Origin: Actinomycetota bacterium
GTDB lineage: Bacteria; Actinomycetota; Actinomycetes; Streptosporangiales; Streptosporangiaceae
Assembly (NCBI GenBank): GCA_003168255.1
Contig: PMSU01000071.1
Coordinates: forward strand, 4,601-68,600
Direction of reading: 5' to 3'
Length of the DNA: 64,000 bases
The position numbers and the translations under genes were made by a program. The notes below the pieces were generated by a model, which ran no database searches, was not told the origin of the DNA, and saw only the letters and a list, made by a program, of their open reading frames with translations. Positions 1 to 8,982 of the stretch are shown in pieces. How positions within the stretch are numbered: position 1 is the first letter of the stretch; each line of letters starts with the position of its first letter.

Positions 1-179
1 AGCGGGCGGCCCAGCATTTCACAGGCCGCCGGGTTGGCATAGACAAAGCGCCGGTCGGCGTCGACGATGGCGATCCCGTCCTGCGCACCCGCCAGCACGC
101 CGGCTAGCGCGGGCAGGCCCAGCGCGGCGGCGTCCGCCAGTGCAGAACATCCACTGGAATCGCTCCGGGCCGCCGACAC
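1..179 (-). CDS. PAS-domain protein, N-terminal fragment (gene runs off the left edge)
   Basis: Not in the ORF track because it has no stop in the window. The minus-strand frame from GTG at 179 (GGAGG at 189-193, 9 nt upstream) reads VSAARSDSSGCSALADAAALGLPALAGVLAGAQDGIAIVDADRRFVYANPAACEMLGRP. This looks like the start of a PAS fold. Confidence 0.4.
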   Translation of the reverse strand, partial: MSAARSDSSGCSALADAAALGLPALAGVLAGAQDGIAIVDADRRFVYANPAACEMLGRP

Positions 180-345
180 TGCAGAGAACCTCCGTCCACT
201 TGTCCACGCTACCCGTCGTTCTCGCGGCAAGAAGAGGGCGCAGTTCTACGACGCAGAGGACCGACGGCCCCTCCGGGAACGAAAGCCTTCCCAAGGGGCG
301 CCGGTCGTTTAGGTCTTCGCGATCACGACGTGGGTCCGCGCCGTG

Positions 346-1110
346 TTACAGCGGGGTGACGTAGGCGGCCGAGATGCCGCCGTCCACCAGGAAGCAGGAC
401 GCGGTGATGAACGAGGAGTCGTCGCTGGCCAGGAACGCGACCGCGCCGGCGATCTCCGTCGCCTCGGCGAATCGTCCCATCGGCACGTGCACCAGGCGCC
501 TGGCGGCCCGCTCCGGGTCCTTGGCGAACAGCTCGCGCAGCAGCGGCGTGTTCACCGGCCCGGGGCACAGCGCGTTCACCCGGATGCCCTCGCGGGCGAA
601 CTGCACGCCGAGCTCACGGCTCAGCGCGAGCACGCCGCCCTTGGACGCGGTGTAGGAGATCTGCGAGGTGGCCGAGCCCATCACGGCGACGAAGGAAGCC
701 GTGTTGATCACCGATCCCCTGCCCCGGCGTTGCATGTAGCCGATCGCATGCTTGCAGCACAGGTACACCGAGGTGAGGTTGACCTGCTGAACCCGGTGCC
801 AGGTGTCGAGGTCGGTGGTCAGGATCGAGTCGTCGTCGGGCGGCGAGATGCCGGCGTTGTTGAAGGCGATGTCCACGCTGCCGTACGTCTCGTGCGCGGT
901 CGCGTAGATCCGCCGGACATCCTCCTCGACCGACACGTCGGCCCGGATGAACAGGCCGCCGGTCTCGTCGGCCGCTGTCTTGCCCGCCGCCTCGTCCACG
1001 TCCACGGCGACGATCCTGGCGCCCTCGGCGGCCAGCCGCCGAACGCTCGCCAGGCCGATCCCGCTGCCCGCTCCGGTGACGACTGCCACCCGATCCGCAA
1101 GACCCTGCAT
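346..1110 (-). CDS. short-chain dehydrogenase/reductase (SDR)
   Basis: Track ORF 346..1167, with the start moved to ATG 1110 (MQGLADRVAVVTGAGSGIG). Carries the TGxxxGIG Rossmann motif, NNAG and a catalytic YTASK. Confidence 0.9.
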   Translation of the reverse strand: MQGLADRVAVVTGAGSGIGLASVRRLAAEGARIVAVDVDEAAGKTAADETGGLFIRADVSVEEDVRRIYATAHETYGSVDIAFNNAGISPPDDDSILTTDLDTWHRVQQVNLTSVYLCCKHAIGYMQRRGRGSVINTASFVAVMGSATSQISYTASKGGVLALSRELGVQFAREGIRVNALCPGPVNTPLLRELFAKDPERAARRLVHVPMGRFAEATEIAGAVAFLASDDSSFITASCFLVDGGISAAYVTPL

Positions 1111-1117
1111 CTGCCGC

Positions 1118-2482
1118 TCAATCCTCCGTTGCGATGAAGACGTTCTTGGTCTCGGTGAAGGCATCAAGGGCGTCCGGCCCGAGCTCGCGGCCGAGCCCGG
1201 ACTGCTTGAACCCGCCGAACGGCGTCCAGTAACGCACCGAGGAGTGCGAGTTCACCGACAGGTTGCCCGCCTCCACCGCCCGCGCGACGCGCAGCGCGCG
1301 GCCCACGTCCTGAGTCCAGATCGACCCCGACAGGCCGTAGCGGGTGTCGTTCGCGATCGCTATCGCCTCAGCCTCGTCCTCGAACGGCATCACCACGGCG
1401 ACCGGGCCGAATACCTCGTCGGTGAACGCCGGGTCATCCCGGCCTACCGGGGCCAGGACCGTGGGCGGGAACCAGAAACCGGGACCGGAGGGGGCGGAGC
1501 CGCGCACCGCCACCGGCGCGCCGTCCGGCACGTACGAGGCGACCCGGGCCCGGTGGTCCGCCGAGATCAGCGGGCCCATCACGGTGCCGGGGAGGGCCGG
1601 ATCACCCACGACGATGCCGGTCACGGCCGGCTCGAGCAGCTCCATGAACTCCTCGAAGACGCTGCGCTGGACGAGGATCCGGGACCGGGCGCAGCAGTCC
1701 TGCCCGGCGTTGTCGAAGACGGCCTGCGGTGCCGTCGCCGCGGCCCGGTCCAGCCGTGCGTCGGCGAACACGATGTTGGCGCTCTTGCCGCCCAGCTCCA
1801 GGGTGAGCCGCTTCACGCTGGCCGCGCAGCCGGCCATGACCTCACGGCCGGTGTCGGTGGACCCGGTGAACACGATCTTGCGCACCGCCGGATGCTCGAC
1901 CAGTCGCCTGCCGACCACGCTGCCGCGACCGGCCAGCACCTGGAATACGCCCGCGGGAAGGCCGGCCTCCAGTGCCAGCTCGGCGACCCGGAGCGCGGTC
2001 AGCGGGGTCAGCTCGGCCGGCTTGGCGATCACCGGGTTGCCCGCGGCCAGCGCCGGGGCCAGGCCCCAGGCGAGGATCGGCATCGGGAAGTTCCACGGCA
2101 CGATCAGGCCGACCACCCCGACCGGCTCAAGGAATGTGACGTCGAGGCCGCCGGCCACCGGGATCTGCCGGCCGCAGAGTCGCTCGGGCGCGGCCGAGTA
2201 GTAGCGCAGCACCTCGGCGACGTGCGTTGCCTCCCAGCGGGCCTGGCCGACGGGATGCCCGGAGTTCGCGATCTCCAGCCCGGCCAGTTCCTCCACGTGG
2301 TCGGCCACGACGGCCGCGAACCCGCGCAACAGCCTGGCCCGGTCGCCCGGGCTGACCGCTCGCCAGGCCGGCTGCGCCGCGACGGCGCGGGCGATCGCCG
2401 CGTCGGCAGCTGCTGCCGTCGCGACCGGGATCGTGGTTACTGCCTGCTCGGTGGCGGGATTCAGCACCGTGAACTCGGGCAT
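1118..2482 (-). CDS. NAD(P)-dependent aldehyde dehydrogenase
   Basis: Last 454 codons of the 839-aa track ORF, starting at ATG 2482 (MPEFTVLNPATEQ). Motifs PWNFP, ELGGKSA and GQDCCA (catalytic Cys). The upstream part of that ORF is Arg/Pro-rich read-through overlapping the next gene in another frame. Confidence 0.9.
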   Translation of the reverse strand: MPEFTVLNPATEQAVTTIPVATAAAADAAIARAVAAQPAWRAVSPGDRARLLRGFAAVVADHVEELAGLEIANSGHPVGQARWEATHVAEVLRYYSAAPERLCGRQIPVAGGLDVTFLEPVGVVGLIVPWNFPMPILAWGLAPALAAGNPVIAKPAELTPLTALRVAELALEAGLPAGVFQVLAGRGSVVGRRLVEHPAVRKIVFTGSTDTGREVMAGCAASVKRLTLELGGKSANIVFADARLDRAAATAPQAVFDNAGQDCCARSRILVQRSVFEEFMELLEPAVTGIVVGDPALPGTVMGPLISADHRARVASYVPDGAPVAVRGSAPSGPGFWFPPTVLAPVGRDDPAFTDEVFGPVAVVMPFEDEAEAIAIANDTRYGLSGSIWTQDVGRALRVARAVEAGNLSVNSHSSVRYWTPFGGFKQSGLGRELGPDALDAFTETKNVFIATED

Positions 2483-2505
2483 CCGCGTCTGCTCCGTCGC
2501 CGCCG

Positions 2506-3897
2506 CTACAGCCGCTCGAAGCCGCGGCGCAGCTCCCAGTCGGTCACCGCCGAGTTGAAGGCATCGAGTTCCGTCCTCGCGTAGTTGGCATAGTGCTCGA
2601 CCACCTCGCCGCCGAACGCCTCGCGGGCAAGCGCGCTCTCCGCCCAGAGCTCGAGGGCGTCGCGCAGGGTGGGCGGCAGGCGCGGGCCGGTGTCGGCGTA
2701 GGCGTTGCCCTCGAAAGCGGGCTCGAGCGGCAGCTGATTGTCGATTCCGTGCAGGCCCGCGGCGATCATCGCCGCGACGGCGAGGTGGGGGTTCACATCG
2801 CCGCCCGGTGACCTGTTCTCCACCCGCAGCCCCGGGCCGTGCCCGACCAGCCGCAGCGCACAGCTCCGGTTGTCCACGCCCCAGCGCACCGCGGTGGGCG
2901 CGAAACTGCCGGCCTGGTAGCGCTTGTAGGAGTTCACGTTCGGCGCGTAGCAGAGGGTCAGCTCGCGGAGCGAGGCAAGCAGGCCGGCCAGGAAATGCTC
3001 GCCGGTCTGCGACAGCCCGTGCTCGCGGTCGCCGGCCAGCAGCAGGCTGCCGTCTTCGCCCCGCAGCGACAGGTGGATGTGGCAGGAGTTTCCCTCCCGC
3101 TCGTTCGGCTTGGCCATGAACGTGATGCTCATGTCGTCCTGCGCCGCGATTTCCTTCGCGCCGGTCTTGTAGATCGAGTGGTTGTCGCAGGTGGTGACGG
3201 CTTCGGCGTAGCGGAAGGCGATCTCGTGCTGGCCGAGGTTGCACTCGCCCTTGGCCGACTCGACGTACAGGCCGGCGCCGCCCATGCCGTTGCGGATCCT
3301 GCGCAGCAGCGGCTCGATCCGCGCGGTGCCGAGGATCGAGTAGTCGGCGTTGTACTGGTTCGCCGGGGTAAGACCGCGGTACCCGTTCGCGTGCGCGTCC
3401 TCGTAGGAGTCGCGGAACACCAGGAACTCCAGCTCGGTGCCGGCCAGCGCCTGCCAGCCGCGGGCGGCCAGGCGCTGCACCTGCGCCCGCAGTATCTGCC
3501 GAGGCGATGCCAGCACCGGGGCGCCATCGTCCCAGGCGAGGTCGGTGATCACCAGCGCCGTGGCCGGCTGCCAGGGGATCCTGCGCAGCGTGCTCAGGTC
3601 GGGCACCAGGGCGAAGTCGCCGTAGCCGCGATCCCATGACGACATCGCGTAGCCGTCGACGGTGTTCATGTCCACGTCCACCGCGAGCAGGTAGTTGCAG
3701 CCCTCCGCATGACTTTCGGCCACCTCGGCGAGGAAGAACTCGGCGGACAGCCGCTTGCCTGCCAGCCGTCCCTGCATGTCGGTGAATGCGATCACGACGG
3801 TGTCGATTGTCTGCTCGGCGACCTCGACGCGCAGCTGCTCCAGGGTGAGCATGCCGCGGCGTCTGCCGCCGGTGCCCTCGTGGCCGTGCCCAGTCAT
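2506..3897 (-). CDS. glutamine synthetase family protein (GlnA-like gamma-glutamyl-amine ligase type)
   Basis: Track ORF 2506..4041, starting at ATG 3897 (MTGHGHEG..MLTLEQLR) behind GGAGGAGG at 3901-3908. GS type-I fold signatures are present (ELEFLVF, NSCHIHLSL, NSYKRY, RVENRSPG). It sits in a permease/ALDH/SDR context rather than an nitrogen-assimilation one. Confidence 0.85.
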   Translation of the reverse strand: MTGHGHEGTGGRRRGMLTLEQLRVEVAEQTIDTVVIAFTDMQGRLAGKRLSAEFFLAEVAESHAEGCNYLLAVDVDMNTVDGYAMSSWDRGYGDFALVPDLSTLRRIPWQPATALVITDLAWDDGAPVLASPRQILRAQVQRLAARGWQALAGTELEFLVFRDSYEDAHANGYRGLTPANQYNADYSILGTARIEPLLRRIRNGMGGAGLYVESAKGECNLGQHEIAFRYAEAVTTCDNHSIYKTGAKEIAAQDDMSITFMAKPNEREGNSCHIHLSLRGEDGSLLLAGDREHGLSQTGEHFLAGLLASLRELTLCYAPNVNSYKRYQAGSFAPTAVRWGVDNRSCALRLVGHGPGLRVENRSPGGDVNPHLAVAAMIAAGLHGIDNQLPLEPAFEGNAYADTGPRLPPTLRDALELWAESALAREAFGGEVVEHYANYARTELDAFNSAVTDWELRRGFERL

Positions 3898-3910
3898 CTG
3901 CCTCCTCCTG

Positions 3911-5458
3911 TCAGCCCGCCAGTTCGCGTTCGATAGCGGCAAGCTCCTCGGCGCTGCCCTGGACCCTTGGCCCGGTGAACCACTTGCGCGCGGACACCAG
4001 CCACCAGATTCCAGCGAACCCGAGCACGGCAACGACCGCAACCACTGTGTAGTTGAAGTTCGACACGGTGATCGGGCTCAGCGTGGGCAGCATGAACAGG
4101 ATCGTGATGATGACTACCCAGGTCACGGCGATGATGCCGATCGGCCTGCTCCACCTGCCCAGATGCCACGGCCCGCGGACGAAGCTGCGGCCCTGGCGCA
4201 GCCGCAGGAATGTCGGCAGCACATATGCGATGTACAGGCCGATCACGGCGATCGAGGTAACCGCCGCGTACGCGGCGGAGTTCCACAGGTAGGGCAGGCC
4301 GAGGATGAAGGCGAACACCGCAGCCAGCCAGATCGCGTTGGTCGGGGTCCTCGTCCGCTTGTTCACCCGGTGCCAGAAGCCGGACGCCGGCAGCGCGCCG
4401 TCGCGGGAGAAGGCGTAGATCATGCGGGAGTTCGCGGTCACCGAGGACATGCCGCAGAAGAGCTGCGCGCCGATCGCCACCAGCAACAGCAGCTTGCCGA
4501 GGGTCAGGCCGGCCGCGTCGATGAAGATCTGCGCCGGCGGCACGTCGGTGGCCGTGGCCTGCTCGGCGGCGTAATGCTGAATCGCGAAGGTGATCCCGAT
4601 GAGCAGCAGCCAGCCGGCGAACAGGGACACCAGGATCGACATCACGATGCCCCGCGGGCCGCTGCGCGCCGCGTCGTTGGTCTCCTCCGTCATGTGCGCG
4701 GAGGCGTCGTACCCGGTGAAGGTGTACTGGGCGAGCAGCAGCCCGATCAGCGCGACGTACAGCGTGCTGTGCCAGCCCGTGGTGTTTATGATCTTGGTGA
4801 ACACGAAGCTCGCCGACTGGTGGTGGGCCGGCTTGAACGTCAGCACGCCGACGATCACCAGCACGCCCAGGATGTGCCACCACACGCTGATGTCGTTCAG
4901 CAGCGCCACGATCCGCACACCGAACTGGTTGAGAATGCCGTGCAGCAGCAGCACGCAGCCGAACAGCAGGATCGTATGGCCCCGCGTCGCGGCGAAGTTC
5001 CACTGGAGGTCGAGCAGCGCGTTCAGGAAGAAGGCGGCGCCGAAGTCGATGCCGGCCGTCACCGCGACCTGGCCGAGGAAGTTGAACCAGCCGGTGAACC
5101 AGGACCAGGCCGCCCCGTTGGTCCGGGCCAGCTTGGCCGACCAGTAGTACAGCCCGCCGGCGGTTGGGAAGCTCGAGCACACCTCGGCCATGGCCAGCCC
5201 GACGAACAGGGTCATGATCCCGACGAATGGCCAGCCCCAGACGATCACGGCGGGCCCGCCGGTGCCCATCCCGTACCCGTACAGGGTCAGGCAGCCGGAC
5301 AGGATCGAGATGATCGTGAACGACACGGCGAAGTTGGAGAAGCCGGACATCCGCCTGCGCAGCTCCTGCGCATAGCCGAGCTCATGCAGGCGCTTCTCGT
5401 CCGCGGTAAGCGTCCCGGCAGCTCCGGCTGCCCCGGCGGCTTGCTCGTTGACCGGCAC
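3911..5458 (-). CDS. APC-family amino acid/amine permease
   Basis: 515-aa polytopic protein (GLYYWSAKLA, FTGYDASAHMTEE). GTG start at 5458 with AAGGAG 6 nt upstream. Confidence 0.9.
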   Translation of the reverse strand: MPVNEQAAGAAGAAGTLTADEKRLHELGYAQELRRRMSGFSNFAVSFTIISILSGCLTLYGYGMGTGGPAVIVWGWPFVGIMTLFVGLAMAEVCSSFPTAGGLYYWSAKLARTNGAAWSWFTGWFNFLGQVAVTAGIDFGAAFFLNALLDLQWNFAATRGHTILLFGCVLLLHGILNQFGVRIVALLNDISVWWHILGVLVIVGVLTFKPAHHQSASFVFTKIINTTGWHSTLYVALIGLLLAQYTFTGYDASAHMTEETNDAARSGPRGIVMSILVSLFAGWLLLIGITFAIQHYAAEQATATDVPPAQIFIDAAGLTLGKLLLLVAIGAQLFCGMSSVTANSRMIYAFSRDGALPASGFWHRVNKRTRTPTNAIWLAAVFAFILGLPYLWNSAAYAAVTSIAVIGLYIAYVLPTFLRLRQGRSFVRGPWHLGRWSRPIGIIAVTWVVIITILFMLPTLSPITVSNFNYTVVAVVAVLGFAGIWWLVSARKWFTGPRVQGSAEELAAIERELAG

Positions 5459-5547
5459 GGCGAGCTCCTTACGTCAGCGGGGTTCTGCTGGCTGGCGCTG
5501 AGCGTGTCGGCTCTGACGGGCCTCGTGCGCCCCACGGCCCCGGACTT

Positions 5548-5569
5548 AATGGTCTGATATGAGACCATT
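5548..5569. promoter_or_regulatory. candidate GntR/FadR-type operator (inverted repeat AATGGTCT-N6-AGACCATT)
   Basis: Perfect 8-bp arms separated by 6 nt, in the 259-bp divergent intergenic region between the permease and the GntR gene. The core GGTCT..AGACC fits the GT-Nx-AC pattern known for GntR-family sites. Confidence 0.5.
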
Positions 5570-5717
5570 TGCGGCCAAGATGCCGACGATGTCAAGACCC
5601 AGACCAGATCCGCGTCAGCGGGCAGCCGCCCGGTCAGGCCAGGTCTAGACGGGCAGCCGCCGCGGGCACACGTAGGCTCGGCGCGACAGGGCCGTCGCGC
5701 GTCGGAGGGCGATCGCA

Positions 5718-6461
5718 GTGACCGAGGGATTCAGGCTGGCCAGCCTGCTGCGGCCGGTGCGGTCGGGAAACGCCTTTGAGGAGACGGTGGAGCGGCTTCT
5801 GACCGCTATCCGGCTTGGCGTGGTCAGCCCCGGTGAAAGATTTCCTGCCGAACGGGAGTTCGCAACGCAGCTCGGCATTAGCCGGATCACGCTGCGCGAG
5901 GCCATTCGCGAGCTCCAGCTGGCCGGCTATGTGGAGTCACGGCGCGGGCGGCTCGGCGGCACGTTCGTCACCACCGCGCCGCCGGCGCCTAGCCGCGGCG
6001 AGGCGCGCCGCATCGCGCGAGAGCAGTCCGGCAGCCTGGAGGACGCGCTGACGTTCCGGATGGCTGTCGAGTCGGGAGCCGCCGAGGCGCTTGCGCACCT
6101 GGTCGGCGGGCAACTGCCCGCGCTGGCGGCGGAACAGGTACACGACGTCCTGTCCGCGCGCCTGGCAGACGTCAACAATGCGGCGCCGCGAGACTACCGG
6201 CGGCTGGACACCGTTTTTCATCTGACGATCGCGGAGCTGACCGGATCGAGCCTGCTTGCCGCCGCCGCCGCGGACGCGCGCATCCGGCTGAACGACTTTC
6301 TCAACGCGATCCCGATCCTCCAGCACAACATCGACCACACCGCCGCCCAGCATGCGGCGATCGCGGAGGCGATCCTGGCCGGCGCGCCGGAGCGGGCCAG
6401 GCGGGCGGTGGCCGAGCACCTGGAGGGGACCGCCGCGCTGCTCCGCGGCTTCCTGGCCTGA
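5718..6461 (+). CDS. GntR-family (FadR-subfamily) transcriptional regulator
   Basis: GTG start behind GGAGGG. N-terminal winged helix (ERFPAEREFATQLGISRITLREAIRELQLAGYVESRRGRLGGTFV) and an all-helical FCD-like C-terminal domain. Confidence 0.9.
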   Translation: MTEGFRLASLLRPVRSGNAFEETVERLLTAIRLGVVSPGERFPAEREFATQLGISRITLREAIRELQLAGYVESRRGRLGGTFVTTAPPAPSRGEARRIAREQSGSLEDALTFRMAVESGAAEALAHLVGGQLPALAAEQVHDVLSARLADVNNAAPRDYRRLDTVFHLTIAELTGSSLLAAAAADARIRLNDFLNAIPILQHNIDHTAAQHAAIAEAILAGAPERARRAVAEHLEGTAALLRGFLA

Positions 6462-6509
6462 CGCCGCGACGACCACCCGTCCGGGCCGCGGCTCAGACGG
6501 GGACCACGG

Positions 6510-7245
6510 TCAGCCGGTCACCATCCGCACCCGGGCGCTGCCGCTGTCGGCGAACAGCAGGTTGCCCGTTCCGTCCACGGCCACGCCTCCTGGGCCCGAT
6601 AGGTCGGCTTTGGTGGCCGCCGCCGTCGCCGGAGAGCCCGCCCGTGCTGTCACCGGCCACGGTGAAGATGTCCCCCGCAGCCATCGCTCGCCCGTAGAAC
6701 ACCCCTGTGCTGGCAGCCACCACCTGCAGCCGCGACCCGGGCCTGGTCGCGCCGTGCTTATAGCCCGAGTCGGCGATCACCAGGTTGCCGTCACCGTCCA
6801 CGGCCACATCCCGGGGGGCGGACAGCGGGACCTGCGTCGCGACCACGCCGGACCCGCTCATGCCGCGCTTTCCATCGCCCGCGACGGAGTAGATGTGCCC
6901 GGCCGTCATCGACTGCCCGTAGAACGAGCCCGTGCCGGCCGCCACCACAGCGATCCGCAGGTGGACGTCATCAGCTATCACAAGGTTGCCGGACCCGTCC
7001 ACGGCGACCCCGCACGTATTGAAGTCGGCCTTGGTGGCTGGGCCGCCATTCTCCGCGGGCCCGTCAACGCCAGTACCGGCGGGCGTTGTCAGGTTGTCGC
7101 TCTGGCTTACCCTCCGCACAGCCGCGCCGTCGGCAATGTACAGCCCGCCGAGGCGATAAGACACGGCGGACACCAGCGCCATGACCGCAACGGCGGGCAC
7201 ACCCCGCCTCAGGATGCCCGTCCCGCCGATCCGCACAGAATTCAT
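6510..7245 (-). pseudogene. NHL-repeat beta-propeller protein with a frameshift before its last repeat
   Basis: Has an N-terminal TM/signal segment, then repeats ..GVAVDGSGNLVIADD.., ..DVAVDGDGNLVIADS... After ..GLSGDGG the annotated frame turns into RRRGRGRNGQ junk. The adjacent frame reads ATKADLSGPGGVAVDGTGNLLFADSGSARVRMVTG and stops at 6510-6512. The shift lies near 6608-6620. Confidence 0.7.
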
Positions 7246-7405
7246 CAGACATTCCTGCGGTCATGCGCTTACTCGACGGCGCCAGCTGGCACCGACCAAC
7301 GTCCGCCCAGGCCGGGAGTCCATAGCTACGACGCCGCAGCTGCACCGCCGGATTACCGGACCTTCGTTTTGTCACCTTGCGGTTAGGTCGAGGGGACAGC
7401 CCGGG

Positions 7406-8218
7406 TCAGCAGGTGAAATGTGATCGATCCGGCGCGTCGGGTGCCGGGTGTACGGCCAGGAGCTGCGGGCGCTTGGCGGTGCGACCGTCGCTGGAGGACT
7501 GGCCGCGCAGACGGCGTACAAGCCAGGGGCGAAGGAAGGTGGCGGCCCAGTGCAGCTCGGTACCCAGCCTTTGCCACCTGGCAGGGATCGCCAGGGGAGG
7601 CAGGGGGAGTTTCCAGGTGTCGTCGCTTCCTGGCAGCGCGATGGCATGGGCGACGGCTTCGGCGATCCGTTCGTGACCGAGTGGGCTAGCATGCAGCCGG
7701 TCCGCGCTCCACAGCCGCGGGTCGGTGCCGACGGCGTACCGGCCGGTTTCGGCGACCGTGACCCCGTGTCGGGCGGCAGCAGCGCGGATGCGGGCGTTGA
7801 GGTCGAACACGCGGGACCTGATCGGGCGGGTGAGGGGCGCGATTTTCCCTATGTCGGGGAAGGTGAGGGTGACCACACGGGCCCCGGTGGCTGTGAGTCC
7901 GGCGAACATCGCCTCCAGGTGGCCGGCCACCTCGACGGCGTCGAACCGGGGCCGGATGATGTCGTTGACCCCGGCGACGACGGTGGCCAGATCGGGGCGC
8001 AGGGCCAGCGCGGGCCCGAGCTGCTCGGCGTGGACCTGGCCGGCCAGACGCCCGCGTACGGCCAGATTGGCGTACTGGAGACGCGGGTTGACGGCCGCGA
8101 GGTGCTCGGCGAGCCGGTCGGCCCAGCCCCGCAGGCCGGTGATGTCGTCGCCGTCGCCGATTCCTTCGGTCTGGCTGTCGCCCAGTGCGACATAGCGCAG
8201 GTATTCACCGCCCGGCAT
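7406..8218 (-). CDS. SGNH/GDSL-family hydrolase
   Basis: Block I VALGDSQTEG, block III AGVNDI, block V DRLHAS. The start overlaps the upstream PadR gene's stop by 14 nt. Confidence 0.85.
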   Translation of the reverse strand: MPGGEYLRYVALGDSQTEGIGDGDDITGLRGWADRLAEHLAAVNPRLQYANLAVRGRLAGQVHAEQLGPALALRPDLATVVAGVNDIIRPRFDAVEVAGHLEAMFAGLTATGARVVTLTFPDIGKIAPLTRPIRSRVFDLNARIRAAAARHGVTVAETGRYAVGTDPRLWSADRLHASPLGHERIAEAVAHAIALPGSDDTWKLPLPPLAIPARWQRLGTELHWAATFLRPWLVRRLRGQSSSDGRTAKRPQLLAVHPAPDAPDRSHFTC

Positions 8219-8774
8219 GGATCCCCTGCCGTTCCCGCAGGACGGCGGCGATCCGCACGCACCAGTCCCGGTGGTCGCGCTCGAAGGACAGTCCGCGCAG
8301 GCAGGTCAGATACGGCCCGATCCGCTCGCCCCGGCGCAGGAATTCCGCCTCGTCCACCTCGCCGCGCAGCTGCCGCAGCAACCCGCCGAGGAACTCGGTT
8401 TTGGCCTCGGCGACGGCTGCTCGCTCCTGAAGCTGTTCGATCAGCGACCCGCCGTCGATGCTGTCGGCGGCATGGACCTTGACGAGCAGTTCGTCGCGGA
8501 TGAACGAGGGCTTCGATGCGGCGGCGCCGAACCGCTCCAGCTCGGCGAGGCCGGCGTCGGTAACCCGGAACAGGCGCTTGTCGGGCCGGGTCTTCTGGAC
8601 CACCTGCCGACCCGTGACCAGCCCTTCGGACTCCAGCTTGGCCAGCTCGGCGTACAGCTGCTGCGACGCGGCGTGCCAGAAGTTCGCGACACCGACGTCG
8701 AACGCCTTGGCCAGCTGGTATCCGCTGTACTCGCCGTCCAGCAGCGCCGCCAGCACGGCGTGTCGCAGGGCCAT
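8205..8774 (-). CDS. PadR-family transcriptional regulator
   Basis: N-terminal winged helix (AVLAALLDGEYSGYQLAKAF...LYAELAKLESEGLV) plus a C-terminal helical domain. AAGGAGGA lies upstream of ATG 8774. Confidence 0.9.
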   Translation of the reverse strand: MALRHAVLAALLDGEYSGYQLAKAFDVGVANFWHAASQQLYAELAKLESEGLVTGRQVVQKTRPDKRLFRVTDAGLAELERFGAAASKPSFIRDELLVKVHAADSIDGGSLIEQLQERAAVAEAKTEFLGGLLRQLRGEVDEAEFLRRGERIGPYLTCLRGLSFERDHRDWCVRIAAVLRERQGIHAGR

Positions 8775-8814
8775 CGGATCAGCCCCTTCCTCCTTCTCGT
8801 CCGCTCTTGCATCC

Positions 8815-8843
8815 TAGTCAAGAAAATGACTAATCACATTAGT
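8815..8843. promoter_or_regulatory. AT-rich overlapping inverted repeats (TAGTCA-N6-TGACTA and ACTAAT-CAC-ATTAGT); candidate PadR/sigma promoter-operator region
   Basis: Both palindromes are read directly from the sequence. They sit in a conspicuously AT-rich patch of the PadR / ECF-sigma divergent intergenic region. Confidence 0.35.
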
Positions 8844-8982
8844 GACTATAGCGGAGGAGGTCTGGCAGGACTGGGTCATCTGGCGGCTCGAGCGTCATGC
8901 CCGGGAATTTAAGCATGATGGGAACCGAACAGGCCGGTTGCTGCGACAGGGAGTGCATGAGAGCAGCTGAACGGCTCCGGGC

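Noticed and set aside
947-2584. Long plus-strand ORF (545 aa) and similar giants: 3755..5557 +, 19797..21692 -, 10454..11425 -, 23040..23960 -, 44921..46075 -, 48561..49643 -, 58785..59960 +
   Set aside because: Their composition is extremely Arg/Pro/Gly/Ala-rich, as expected for off-frame or antisense reading of GC-rich coding DNA. Each lies entirely over a gene with unmistakable family motifs on the other strand or frame.
2483-3637. N-terminal 385 codons of the 839-aa track ORF (apparent giant aldehyde dehydrogenase)
   Set aside because: The sequence upstream of MPEFTVLNP is Arg/Pro-rich junk. It overlaps the glutamine-synthetase-like gene on the same strand in another frame. The ATG at 2482 gives a normal 454-aa ALDH.
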